Positions 29,711 through 39,784 of a stretch of 64,000 nt of DNA are shown one piece after another. The stretch's first letter is position 1. Each line of letters starts with the position of its first letter. This stretch comes from an uncultured Acidobacteriota bacterium (GTDB lineage Bacteria; Acidobacteriota; Polarisedimenticolia; J045). The DNA lies in assembly GCA_963800865.1 (NCBI GenBank), contig CAWDCL010000004.1, positions 791,013 to 855,012 of the forward strand, written 5' to 3'. The notes under the pieces were generated by a model. It was not told where the DNA came from, did not search any database, and saw nothing but the letters and a program-made list of their open reading frames with translations. The position numbers and the translations under genes were made by a program.

Positions 29711-31258
29711 CCGCTCCGCCGCTGCTCGCGATGCACGGCGTCTGCAAGGCGTACGGGGGGGTCCCGGCGCTGCAGGACGTGTCGTTCGAGCTGCGGGCCG
29801 GCGAGGTCCGCGCGCTGGTCGGCGAGAACGGGGCGGGGAAGTCGACGCTGGTCAAGATCCTCTCCGGCGCGATCGCGCGCGACCGCGGCACGATCCGGCT
29901 CGACGGTGCGCCGGTCGAGGTCCGCTCGCCGGCGGCGGCGCTGGCGCTGGGGATCGGGATGATCTACCAGGACCCGCAGCTGGTCCCCGCGCTGACGGTC
30001 GCGGAGAACGTCTTCCTCGGCGCCGAGACGGTGCGCGGCGGCGTCCCGCTGGTCGACCGGCCCGCGATGGAGCGCGCGGCGCGCGGACTGCTGGCGGAGC
30101 TGGGCGAGGCGCTCGATCCGGCGGCGCCGGTCGGCAGCCTCTCCGCGGCCCGGCGCCAGGTCGTGGCGATCGCCCGCGCGCTGTCGCGCCGCGTTCGGAT
30201 CCTCGTGCTCGACGAGCCGACCGCCGCGCTGACCGGGCACGAGGCGGAGAACCTGTTCCGGATGGTGCGCCGGCTGCGCGGCGCGGGGGTCGGCGTCGTC
30301 TACATCACGCACCGGCTGGACGAGGTCTTCGCGCTGGCGGACAGCGTGTGCGGTGCTGCGCGACGGCCGCGAGGTGCTGACCGCGCCGGCGCTCGAGCTC
30401 GACCGGCGGGCCCTGATCCGCGCGATGGTCGGGCGCGACCTGGTCCGCGAGTACCCCGCCGCGAGCCGCGAGCGCGGCGAGGAGCTGCTGCGCGTCGAGG
30501 GCCTCGTCAGCGGCCTCGTCGGCCCGGTCGGCTTTGCGCTCTACCGGGGCGAGATCCTGGGCCTCGCCGGCCTGGTCGGGTCGGGCCGCAGCGAGCTGGC
30601 GGCCGCGCTCTTCGGCGCGGCGCCGCGCGACGCCGGCCGCGTGCTCCTCGACGGGCGCGAGATCGACCCGCGCACGCCCGGCGAGGCGATCGCGCTGGGC
30701 CTGGGCCTTCTGCCCGAGGACCGCGACCGGCTGGGCCTCGTCGGCTCGATGGACGTGCGCGAAAACGTCACGCTGGCCAACCTCGACGACGTCGCGACCG
30801 GCCCCTTCGTGCGCCGCGGGCGCGAGGAGGCCGCAGCCCGCGCGCGGGTCGACGAGCTGCACATCCGCCCGGCCGACACCGCGATGCCGGTCCCGCACCT
30901 CTCGGGCGGCAACCGCCAGAAGGTCGTGCTGGCGCGCTGGCTCCACACCCGCTCGCGCGTGCTGCTCTTCGACGAGCCGACCGCCGGCGTCGACGTCGGC
31001 GCGCGCTTCGAGATCTACACGCTGATCCACCGGCTGGCCGCGGCCGGGACCGGCGTGCTGGTCATCTCGTCCGACCTGCCGGAGCTGCTGGGGATCTGCG
31101 ACCGGATCCTGGTGATGTGCGAGGGGCGGCTGGCCGGGGAGTATCGCGCGGCGGAGGCGACGCAGGAGGGGATCATGCACCTCGCTTCCGGGGGCGCGGA
31201 TGGGGCCGGCGGCGGCGGGAGCGGGGCGGCCGGCCCGCCGGCGGGGGAGGACGCGTGA
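29707..31258 (+). CDS. Sugar ABC transporter ATP-binding protein (tandem NBDs, RbsA/MglA-like), with a +1 frameshift near 30345-30352
   Basis: NBD1: GENGAGKST, LSAARRQ, ILVLDEPTAAL. NBD2 is in the next frame: GLVGSGRSEL, LSGGNRQK, LLFDEPTAGVD. Confidence 0.85.
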
Positions 31259-32211
31259 CGGGCGCCCTCCTCCGGCGCTGGAACCGCAGCGGCGAGCTGG
31301 GGATCCTCGCCGCGGTGGTGCTGGAGTGCCTCGTGCTGGCCGCGCTCTCGCCCCACTTCTTCACCGCCGAGAACCTGCTCAACGTCTCGCTGCAGGCCTC
31401 GATCACCGCGATCATCGCGGCCGGGATGACCTTCGTGATCCTGACCGGGGGGATCGACCTGTCGGTCGGCTCGCTGGTCGCCGCGGCCGGGATCGCGGCC
31501 ACCAGCGTGCTCCAGGCCCACCTGGCGCCGGGGCTGGCCTACCCGCTCGCGGTCGCCGCGGGGCTGGCGCTGGGAGCGCTCTCGGGTGCGGTGGCCGGGC
31601 TGTTCGTCACGCGCTTCGGGATCGCGCCGTTCATCGTCACGCTCGCGCTGATGACGGTCTGGCGCGGCGCGGCCTTCGTGTTCACCGAGGGGCGGCCGGT
31701 CTGGGAGCTGCCCGAGGGGTTCGCGCGGCTCGGCGGCTCGCGGATCGCGGGGCTGCCGACGCCGACGATCGTGATGCTCGCGGTCTACGCCGTGGCGCAC
31801 GTCGTGCTCCGCGCCACCCGCTTCGGCCGGCACGTCTACGCGGTCGGCGGCAACCCCGAGGCGGCGCGCCTGGCCGGGATCCGGACCGGCCGCGTCGTCG
31901 CGGCGACCTACGTCCTGTGCGGCACGCTGGCCGCCGCCGCCGGGATCCTGCTCGCCTCGCGCATGAACTCGGGCCAGCCCAACGCCGGGATGATGTACGA
32001 GCTGGACGCGATCGCCGCGGTGGTCGTCGGAGGGACCAGCCTCTCCGGCGGGCGCGGCTCGATCGCCGGAACTTTCCTGGGCGCGATGCTGATCGCCGTG
32101 CTGCGCAACGGCCTGAACCTGCTCAACGTCAACTCCTACGTCCAGCAGGTCGTCGTCGGCGTCGTGATCCTGCTGGCCGCGCTGCTCGACCGCCTGCGCC
32201 GCAGGCCCTGA
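31255..32211 (+). CDS. Sugar ABC transporter permease (RbsC/AraH-like)
   Basis: GTG start with GTGA overlap. The product has multiple TM segments and the conserved loop GGTSLSGGRGSIAGTFLGA. Confidence 0.8.
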   Translation: MTGALLRRWNRSGELGILAAVVLECLVLAALSPHFFTAENLLNVSLQASITAIIAAGMTFVILTGGIDLSVGSLVAAAGIAATSVLQAHLAPGLAYPLAVAAGLALGALSGAVAGLFVTRFGIAPFIVTLALMTVWRGAAFVFTEGRPVWELPEGFARLGGSRIAGLPTPTIVMLAVYAVAHVVLRATRFGRHVYAVGGNPEAARLAGIRTGRVVAATYVLCGTLAAAAGILLASRMNSGQPNAGMMYELDAIAAVVVGGTSLSGGRGSIAGTFLGAMLIAVLRNGLNLLNVNSYVQQVVVGVVILLAALLDRLRRRP

Positions 32212-32220
32212 GAGGTCACC

Positions 32221-35200
32221 ATGAACCGTCGCTGCACCGTCGCCGCGCTCGCCGTCGCCCTGCTGGTCACGGGCCTCGTCTCCTTCCTCCCCGCGATCGC
32301 GGCGGACTCGGCGGTCGACCGGCTCGTCGCCCGCTTCGACGAGCTGACCCTGACCGGCCTGGACGGCTGGCGCGTCAGCCCCGACCTGAAGACCAGCCCG
32401 ATCGCGGGGGACGCGCCGGCGCAGCCGGCGTTCGACGACTCCGCGTGGGCGCACGCTGAAGATCGACGAGCGGCTCTACGCCGACTCGGTCTGGCTGCGG
32501 CGGCGCGTCGTGATCCCGCAGACGGTCGCCGGGATGGCGGTCGACGGGCCGCTGACGCTGAAGCTGACGGTCAACGACTACGGCTTCCTCTGGGTCAACG
32601 GGAAGGAGCTGGGCCGCTTCGACTGGAACGGCTCGTTCGCGCTGACGGACGACGCCCGCCCGGGCGAGGTCTTCGACATCGCGATCAAGGCGGTCAACAC
32701 GGCCGGCGCGCTGCAGCTGCTCCGCGCCGACCTGCTGCTCGAGGAGGCCGCGCGCCAGCCGGCAGGAGATCAACGACTTCGCGCTCAGCCTGCGGGTCGG
32801 GCAGAAACTGCTGGGCTTCGACACCTACCAGACCAACGCGCGCCAGAAGGTCGACCCGGGGATCGATCGCTCGACCGCCGATCGGGCGGAAAAGCAGCGG
32901 CTGAACGCGCTCCTGCAGGAGATCGCGGCGGGGATCGACACCAAGGCGCTCGAGGCGGGGGACCTGGCGCGCTACCGGGCGTCGGTCGACGCGGCGCGCG
33001 CGCGGCTCGGCCCGATCAAGGAGTTCGTGAAGAGCTACACCCTCTTCTTCGCCGCCAACGCCCACATCGACGCGGCCTGGCTCTGGCGCGAGGGCGAGAC
33101 GATCGCGGTCTGCAAGAACACCTTCGCGTCGGTGATGAACATGGCCCGCGCGCGGACCGACTTCAGCTACACCCAGAGCTCGGCCGCCTACTACGACTGG
33201 ATGGAGCGGCTCTACCCCGAGCTGTTCGGCGAGATCAAGGCGCGGATCGGCGAGGGGCGCTGGGAGGTCGTCGGCGGGATGTGGGTCGAGCCCGACTGCA
33301 ACCTGCCGTCGGGGACCTCGTGGGCCCGCCAGCTGCTCTACGGCAAGCGCTACTTCCGGGAGAAGCTCGGCGTCGACGTCACGATCGGCTGGAACCCCGA
33401 CTCGTTCGGCTACAACTGGAACATGCCGCAGTTCTACCGGAGCGCGGGCATCGACGCCTTCATCACCCAGAAGATCGGCTGGAACGAGAAGAACGTCTTC
33501 CCGCACCGCGCCTTCTGGTGGGAGGGGCCCGACGGCTCGCGGATCCTCTCGTACTTCCCGTTCGACTACGTCAACACGATCGACGACCCGGCCAGGCTGG
33601 TCGACTGGCTGCGCCAGTACGACGCCAACACCGGCTTCCGGAAGATGTTCGTGCTGTTCGGCGTCGGCGACCACGGGGGCGGCCCGTCGATCGAGATGAT
33701 CGGGCGGATCGACCGGCTGAAGACGCTCGACATCTTCCCATCGATCGACTTCGGGACCGCGGGCGAGTACCTGGGGTGGATCAAGCAGCAGGACCTGACG
33801 AAGCTGCCGGTCTGGCGCGACGAGCTGTACCTCGAGTACCACCAGGGGACCTTCACCACCCAGGCGAAGATCAAGGAAGCGAACCGCCGCAGCGAGATGC
33901 TGCTGACCGGCGCGGAGGCCTTCTCGGCGATCGCGGCGCTCTCCGGCCGGCCCTACGGGGGCGCGCGGCTCGAAGCGGCTTGGCGCGACGTGATGTTCAA
34001 CCAGTTCCACGACATCCTGCCCGGCTCGTCGATCCGCGAGGTCTATCTCGACGCCGCCGAGCGTTACCGCGAGGCCGAGGCGCTGGCGGGGCACGAGCTG
34101 TCGGGCGCGCTCGACCACCTCGCGGGGCAGGTCGACACGTCGCGGCTGGCGGGCGAGGCGGTCGTCGTCTTCAACCCGCTGGGCTGGGACCGCCCGGGCC
34201 TGGTGCGCGTGCCGCTTCCGGCCGGGGACGAGGCCGAGGTCGCGGTCTTCGACGTCGACGGCCGCGAGCTGCCGTCGCAGGCGGTCGCCACGGGGACGCT
34301 GACGCGCGAGGTGCTCTTCATGGCGCCGAAGGTCCCGTCGCTGGGCTACGCGACTTTCGAGTTGCGCCGGAATCCGCCGCGGGCGAAGTTCCCGGGGACG
34401 CTGACCGTCACGGAATCGGCCCTGGAGAACGACGCCTTCCGCGTCGCGCTCGACCCGGCCTCGGGCTGGATCCGCAGCATCGTCGACAAGCGCACCGGAC
34501 GCGAGGTGCTGGCCGGGCCCGCGAACCGGCTGCAGCTCCTGGAAGACAAGCCGGAGGCCTGGGACGCCTGGAACGTCGGGCTGACCGGCACCGAGTACCC
34601 GTCCACGCTGCGCTCGATCGAGGTCGTCGAGCGCGGGCCGGTGCGCGTCGTGCTGCGGGTCAAGCGCGACTTCCTCGCCCCCGGCACGAAGAAGGAGGCC
34701 CCGACCGAGGACTTCCCGAGCAGCTTCTTCACCCAGGACATCGTGCTCTACGCGGGATCCGACCGGATCGACTTCATCACGCGGGTCGACTGGTGGGAGC
34801 AGAAGACGATGCTCAAGGTCGCGTTCCCGGTCGCGGTGACCAGCGACGTCGCGACCTTCGAGATCCCGAACGCGACGATCGAGCGCTCGACCGGACTCGA
34901 AACGCCGCAGGAGCAGGCCCAGGTCGAGGTGCCCGCCCAGCGCTGGGCCGACCTGTCGCAGGCCGACCACGGGGTCAGCCTGCTCAACGCGGCGAAGTAC
35001 GGCTACGACGTCAAGGGGAACACGCTGCGGCTGTCGCTGCTCCGATCGCCCGTCTGGCCCGACCCGACCGCGGATCGCGGCAAGCACGTCATCGAGTACG
35101 CGCTCTACCCGCACGCGAAGGGCTGGCGCGAGGCCGGGACCGTGCGCCGCGGCTACGAGCTGGACCACCCGCTGCTGGTGGCACGCACCGGGCGCCACGC

Positions 35201-35489
35201 CGGGGCCCTGCCGGCCGAGCAGTCGTTCGTGCGGCTGGCGCCGGACAGCCTCGTGCTCACCTCGATCAAGAAGGCCGAGGACTCGGCCGCGTGGGTCGTG
35301 CAGTGGTACGACGCCCACGGCGACGGCGCGGCGGCGACGCTGACGCTCCCCGCGGCCCCGGCCCGGGCGGTGACCAGCGACTTCCTCGAGGCCGACGGCG
35401 CACCGCTGGCGGTGGAGGGGCGGGGGGTCAAGGCGCCGACCGGACGGCGCGCGACGGTGACGGTCAAGGTCGCGCTCCCGCCCGCCTAG
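32221..35489 (+). CDS. GH38 alpha-mannosidase with a ~270-aa N-terminal extension (signal peptide plus beta-sandwich sugar-binding-like region). There are two +1 frameshifts, near 32452-32456 and 32757-32763. A GTG at 33027 is an alternative start for a stand-alone GH38 protein.
   Basis: Signal MNRRCTVAALAVALLVTGLVSFLPAIAA. FDDSAWAH/LKIDERLYADSVWLRRRVVIP resembles a GH2-N-like segment. Three consecutive frames carry real protein. The GH38 core has FAANAHIDAAWLW (HxDxxW), WNPDSFG, GVGDHGGGP and EYHQGTFTTQ. Confidence 0.8.
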
Positions 35490-35595
35490 CCGCGGCCCCT
35501 CGCAGGGGGCGCGGGGCCCGCCGGGGGCCGCGACGGGGGCGGGGCAACGGCGCTACAATCCCCGCTCCCCGTCCCCCCTTCGCGAGAGCCATCCC

Positions 35596-37119
35596 ATGCC
35601 CGTCCGCATCACCGGCAAGAGCCTGTCCATCGAGGACGTCGTCCGCGTCGCGCGGCACGGCGAGCGCGTCGAGCTCGACCCCGCGGCGCTGGAGCGGATC
35701 AAGACCTGCCGCGCGATGCTGCAGCGCAAGCTCGACGCGCGCGAGGTGATGTACGGCACCAACACCGGGATCGGCGAGATGTCGGAGATCGTGCTGAACG
35801 ACGAGGAGGTCGCGCAGTTCCAGCGCTATCTCATCTACAACCACGCCGCGGGGATCGGCGAGCCGGCGCCGGTCGAGCACGTGCGGGCCGCGATGCTGTC
35901 GCGCATCAACGTCCACGCCAACGGCCACTCGGCCTGCCGGCCCGAGATCACCGGGACCTACGTCGCGCTGCTCAACGCCGGGATCACGCCGGTGGTCTGC
36001 GAGAAGGGAAGCGTCGGGGCCTGCGGCGACCTGGCGCCGATGAGCCAGCTCGCGCTGTCGCTGATGGGCGAGGGCGACTGCTTCTGGAACGGCGAGCGGA
36101 TGCCGACCCGCACGGCGATGGAGCGGGCCGGGGTCCCGGTGCCGGGGCTGCAGGCCCGCGACGGCCTGGCGGCGATCAACGGCAGCAACCTGATCACCGG
36201 GATCGGCTGCCTGTTTCTCTACGACGCGCTGCGCTGGACGAAGCAGGCCGAGATCGCGGCGGCGATGACGCTCGAGGCGCTGATCGCCAACCTCAAGCCC
36301 TACCAGTCGAAGCTGCACGAGCTGCGCGGCTTCCCCGGCGCGGTCGCCTGCGCGGCCAACCTGCGCGCGGTACTGGACGGCTCCGACCTGCTGACCGGCA
36401 AGCTCAAGACCAAGGTCCAGGACGCGTATTCCATGCGCTCGACGCCGCAGGTGATCGGCGCGCTGCGCGACGCGCTGGGCTGGGCGCGCGCACAGCTCGA
36501 GATCGAGCTGAACGGCGTCGCCGACAACCCGATCTTCGTGCCCGACGAGGACCGCGTCTACACCGGCGCCAACTTCCAGGGTTCGCCGATCAGCCTGCCG
36601 CTCGACATGGCGGCGGCGGCGGTGACGATGGTCTCGGTCCTCAGCGAGCGCCGGCTCAACCGGCTGCTCAACCCGGCGCTGTCGGTCGGCCTGCCGCCCT
36701 TCCTGACCGCGCACGCCGGGATGTTCTCGGGCCTGATGCTGAGCCAGTACACCGCCGACATGCTGATCGTCGAGCAGCGGATCCTGTCCACCCCGTCGTG
36801 CACGCAGTCGATCCCGGCCGCCGCGGACCAGGAGGACTTCGTCAGCATGGGGATGAACGGCGCGCTCAAGGCGGTGCAGATCCTGAAGAACGCGCACGGC
36901 GTGCTGGCGATCGAGTTCATCGGCGCGGCGCAGGCGCTCGACTTCCGGGAGCACGGCTTCGGGCGCGGGGTGAAGGCCGCCCAGGGCGCGGTCCGGAAGG
37001 TCGTCGCGCACCTCGGCGAGGACCGGCCGCTCTTCCCGGACCACAACGCGATGATGGCCGCGGTGGCCGGCTGCGCGGTGCTGGACGCAGTCGAGGCGGA
37101 GGTCGGGCGGCTCGGGTAA
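35596..37119 (+). CDS. Histidine/aromatic-amino-acid ammonia-lyase family (MIO enzyme)
   Basis: GTNTGIGE, YNHAAGIG and GSVGACGDLAPMSQLAL are colinear with HAL. The MIO-forming tripeptide reads Ala-Cys-Gly rather than Ala-Ser-Gly. No hutU or hutI genes are adjacent. Confidence 0.8.
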   Translation: MPVRITGKSLSIEDVVRVARHGERVELDPAALERIKTCRAMLQRKLDAREVMYGTNTGIGEMSEIVLNDEEVAQFQRYLIYNHAAGIGEPAPVEHVRAAMLSRINVHANGHSACRPEITGTYVALLNAGITPVVCEKGSVGACGDLAPMSQLALSLMGEGDCFWNGERMPTRTAMERAGVPVPGLQARDGLAAINGSNLITGIGCLFLYDALRWTKQAEIAAAMTLEALIANLKPYQSKLHELRGFPGAVACAANLRAVLDGSDLLTGKLKTKVQDAYSMRSTPQVIGALRDALGWARAQLEIELNGVADNPIFVPDEDRVYTGANFQGSPISLPLDMAAAAVTMVSVLSERRLNRLLNPALSVGLPPFLTAHAGMFSGLMLSQYTADMLIVEQRILSTPSCTQSIPAAADQEDFVSMGMNGALKAVQILKNAHGVLAIEFIGAAQALDFREHGFGRGVKAAQGAVRKVVAHLGEDRPLFPDHNAMMAAVAGCAVLDAVEAEVGRLG

Positions 37120-37146
37120 TCTCTCCCGTCGTCCCGGAGGTCACCG

Positions 37147-38151
37147 ATGCGCCCGCTCGCTGCCGTTCCGCTCGCCCTCTCCCTGCTGGCCGCCGCGCCG
37201 GCCGCTGCACCGGTCCTCGCCCAGGAGTTCGGCCCCGCCCGCCCGGTCACCGTGCGCGAGTTCGTGCTGACCTACGAGGTCCGGGTCAAGGACGTCCCGG
37301 CCGGCGCGAAGTCGGTCCAGGTCTGGCTGCCGATGCCGATGTCGACCGTACTCCAGGAGGTCAGCAACCCGCGGATCGATCCGGACCCGACCCCGAAGCG
37401 GTTCGTCAGCGACGACCCGTACGGAACGCGCTTCCTGGTGCTCGAACTGACCCCGCCGCCGGAAGGCGGGACGACGGCGCCGGTCACCGTCGCGTTCACC
37501 GTGCTGCGCAAGGGCTACCGCGGCGCCGCGCCGCTCACCGGCCAGGGGAGCCGCGTCCCGGCCGAGCGCTGGCTGGCCGCCGATCCGCGGACGCCGATCG
37601 ACGGCAAGGTCGCGGACGCGGCCCGCGCGGCGGTCGGTGACGCGACCGAGCCCGTGGCGAAGGCGAAGCGGCTGTACGACGCGCTGATGGCCGGTGTGAA
37701 GCTCGACCCGACCGGCGAGAGCTGGGGCGCCGGCGACGCGGCCTCGGTCCTCGACGTGAAGGCGGGTGGACCGCGCGACCTGGTCGCGCTGTTCGTCGGC
37801 GAGGCGCGCAGCGTCGGCGTTCCGGCCCGATTCGTCTCGGGCTTCGTGCTGCCGCCGGCCGTGAAGGAAGGATCGCTCGTCTCCGACGAGGCCTGGGCCG
37901 AGATCCGGCTCGAAGGGAAGGGGTGGCTGCCGGTCGACGTGGTCTCCGGGAAGCGCTACCCGGACGCGACGGAGGTCTACTTCGGCGCGGTCGACGAGCA
38001 CCGGGCGCAGGTCGCGATCGGCCGCGACGTGAAGGTCCCCGAGTACCCGGGACCGAAGCAGGAGATCGTCGCCTGGCCGCTCGCGGCGGTGGACGGCGCC
38101 GCCGTGCCGCCCGCCAAGGTCGACACCGCGCTGCGCTTCGCGCAGCGCTGA
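37147..38151 (+). CDS. Secreted transglutaminase-like-domain protein, probably non-catalytic
   Basis: Signal peptide. The core GDAASVLDVKAGGPRDLVALFVGEARSVGVPARFVSGF...DEAWAEIRLEGKGWLPVD keeps the TGase-like fold, but the Cys and His positions appear to be substituted. Confidence 0.55.
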   Translation: MRPLAAVPLALSLLAAAPAAAPVLAQEFGPARPVTVREFVLTYEVRVKDVPAGAKSVQVWLPMPMSTVLQEVSNPRIDPDPTPKRFVSDDPYGTRFLVLELTPPPEGGTTAPVTVAFTVLRKGYRGAAPLTGQGSRVPAERWLAADPRTPIDGKVADAARAAVGDATEPVAKAKRLYDALMAGVKLDPTGESWGAGDAASVLDVKAGGPRDLVALFVGEARSVGVPARFVSGFVLPPAVKEGSLVSDEAWAEIRLEGKGWLPVDVVSGKRYPDATEVYFGAVDEHRAQVAIGRDVKVPEYPGPKQEIVAWPLAAVDGAAVPPAKVDTALRFAQR

Positions 38152-38167
38152 GCGAGGCCGCCGGCGC

Positions 38168-39235
38168 GTGCCGCCGACCGTCCAGCTGATCGAGCCGTAC
38201 CACGGCGAGTCGCACGCCCGCCTCGTCGACGGGATGGTCCGGCGCCTGCCGTTCGACTTCCGCCTGCTGACGATGACGCCGCGCAAGTGGAAATGGCGGA
38301 TGCGCGGCGCGGCGCTGTGGGCGGCCGACGCGCTGGCCGGCGCGCCGCCGGCCGAGGTGCTGTTCGCGTCGGCCTACCTGTCGCTGCCGGACTTCCTGGC
38401 GCTGGGACCGCGCTGGTCGCGCGACGCGCTCAAGGTGGTCTACTTCCACGAGAACCAGTTCGTCTACCCGGCGCGGCTGGAGAAGGAGTGGGACTTCCAC
38501 TTCGCGCTCTCCAACGTGACGACCGCGCTGGCGGCCGACCGCGTGGCCTTCAACAGCGCCTACAACCGCGACTCGTTCCTGGGCGCGATCCCGGGCTTCC
38601 TGAAGAAGTTCCCCGACTACCGGCCCGAGCGCGTCGCCGAGCGGATCGCGGAGCGCTCGCGCGTGCTGCCGGTGCCGCTCGAGCCGGAGGAGTTCACGGA
38701 CCTGCCCCGGCCCGCGCGTGAGGGCCCGGCGCGGATTCTCTGGAACCACCGCTGGGAGTACGACAAGAACCCCGAGGAGTTCTTCGAGGCGCTGTTCCGG
38801 CTGGCCGACGCCGGCCTGCCGTTCGAGGTCGCGGTGGCGGGGGAGTCGTTCGCCGAACGGCCGCCGGTCTTCGACGCGGCGCGGGAGCGGCTGGGCGGGC
38901 GGATCGTGCACTGGGGCTTCGTCGAGTCGCGGCGGGCCTACCTGGAGCTGGCCGCCTCGTGCGACCTGGTGGTCTCGACGGCGCTGCACGAGTTCTTCGG
39001 CGTCGCGGTCCTGGAGGCGGTGCGCGCGGGGTGCTTTCCGGTGCTGCCGGACCGGCTGTCGTACCCGGAGCTGTTTCCAGCCGGGCACCTGTATCGCGAG
39101 GGGACGCTGGTCGAGACGCTCGCGCGGCGGATCGAGGCGATCGATGCCGTGCGGGGGCAGGACCTGCGGGGGCTGGCGGCGCGGTACGAGTGGCCGGCCT
39201 GGGAACCGGGCTATCGCGCGCTGCTGGAGCGGTGA
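38168..39235 (+). CDS. Glycosyltransferase with a DUF3524 N-terminal domain and a GT4-like C-terminal domain (homologous to GTDC1 / queuosine-tRNA mannosyltransferase)
   Basis: IEPYHGESHARLVDG...YFHENQFVYP N-terminus, and the GT1/GT4 C-terminal motif EFFGVAVLEAVRAGCFPVLPD. The start is a GTG. Confidence 0.65.
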   Translation: MPPTVQLIEPYHGESHARLVDGMVRRLPFDFRLLTMTPRKWKWRMRGAALWAADALAGAPPAEVLFASAYLSLPDFLALGPRWSRDALKVVYFHENQFVYPARLEKEWDFHFALSNVTTALAADRVAFNSAYNRDSFLGAIPGFLKKFPDYRPERVAERIAERSRVLPVPLEPEEFTDLPRPAREGPARILWNHRWEYDKNPEEFFEALFRLADAGLPFEVAVAGESFAERPPVFDAARERLGGRIVHWGFVESRRAYLELAASCDLVVSTALHEFFGVAVLEAVRAGCFPVLPDRLSYPELFPAGHLYREGTLVETLARRIEAIDAVRGQDLRGLAARYEWPAWEPGYRALLER

Positions 39236-39310
39236 GACGCGCCCCGGCCCCGCGAGGGAGCCGGGACGCGCGCGAACGCAATCAGACGATCAAGACCGAG
39301 GGTGAGCCCG

Positions 39311-39559
39311 TCACTCCGTCGGAACCGGGCCGCCGTCGGTCGGGTAACAGGGCTTCGGCGCCTTGGCCACGTCGGCGTAGCACTGGTTCGAGTAGACGAC
39401 GCCGTCGGCGCAGATCACCGGATCCCACACGTCCGGGCAGACCTTCCCGCCGCCGCCACCGCTGGGCGGCTTCTTGCCGGCCATGGCCGTTCCGATCGCC
39501 AGCGCGAGCGCCAGCACCAGCACGAATCCGATCAGCAGGCGAACACTCTTCTTCCTCAT
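39311..39559 (-). CDS. Small secreted Kazal-type-like protein (82 aa)
   Basis: GGGAGGA RBS. Signal peptide MRKKSVRLLIGFVLVLALALAIGTAMA. CPDVWDPVICADGVVYSNQCYADVAKAPKPC matches the Kazal pattern C..(PVC)..DG.TYsN.C....C. Confidence 0.55.
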   Translation of the reverse strand: MRKKSVRLLIGFVLVLALALAIGTAMAGKKPPSGGGGGKVCPDVWDPVICADGVVYSNQCYADVAKAPKPCYPTDGGPVPTE

Positions 39560-39784
39560 CCGGATCCTCCCTTGGCTGGGGCCGGACGATGCGGTCCGGC
39601 GGCAGGAGCCGTTGCTACCACAGCTCTCGGTGACGATTCAAGCGGCGGCCCGTGGGGGCACCTGGCCGCCATGTCCAGACCCCGACCGGGGGTACTTCCG
39701 CTGCACCGGCAGGACGCATTCTAGGCAGGTTCTTCGTCCCGGGATCAAGCGCGCAACCCCATCGGAGCAGGTCACCGCCCCCCG

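Noticed and set aside
33027-35489. A stand-alone GH38 gene starting at the GTG at 33027, with a separate upstream gene
   Set aside because: The upstream reading frame is open and protein-like straight into the GH38 domain, with no stop. A fusion is therefore more parsimonious. It is kept as an alternative in the feature note.
35540-35560. A TACAAT -10-like hexamer upstream of the ammonia-lyase gene
   Set aside because: There is no acceptable -35 (CGACGG is the best candidate). The evidence is too weak to call a promoter.
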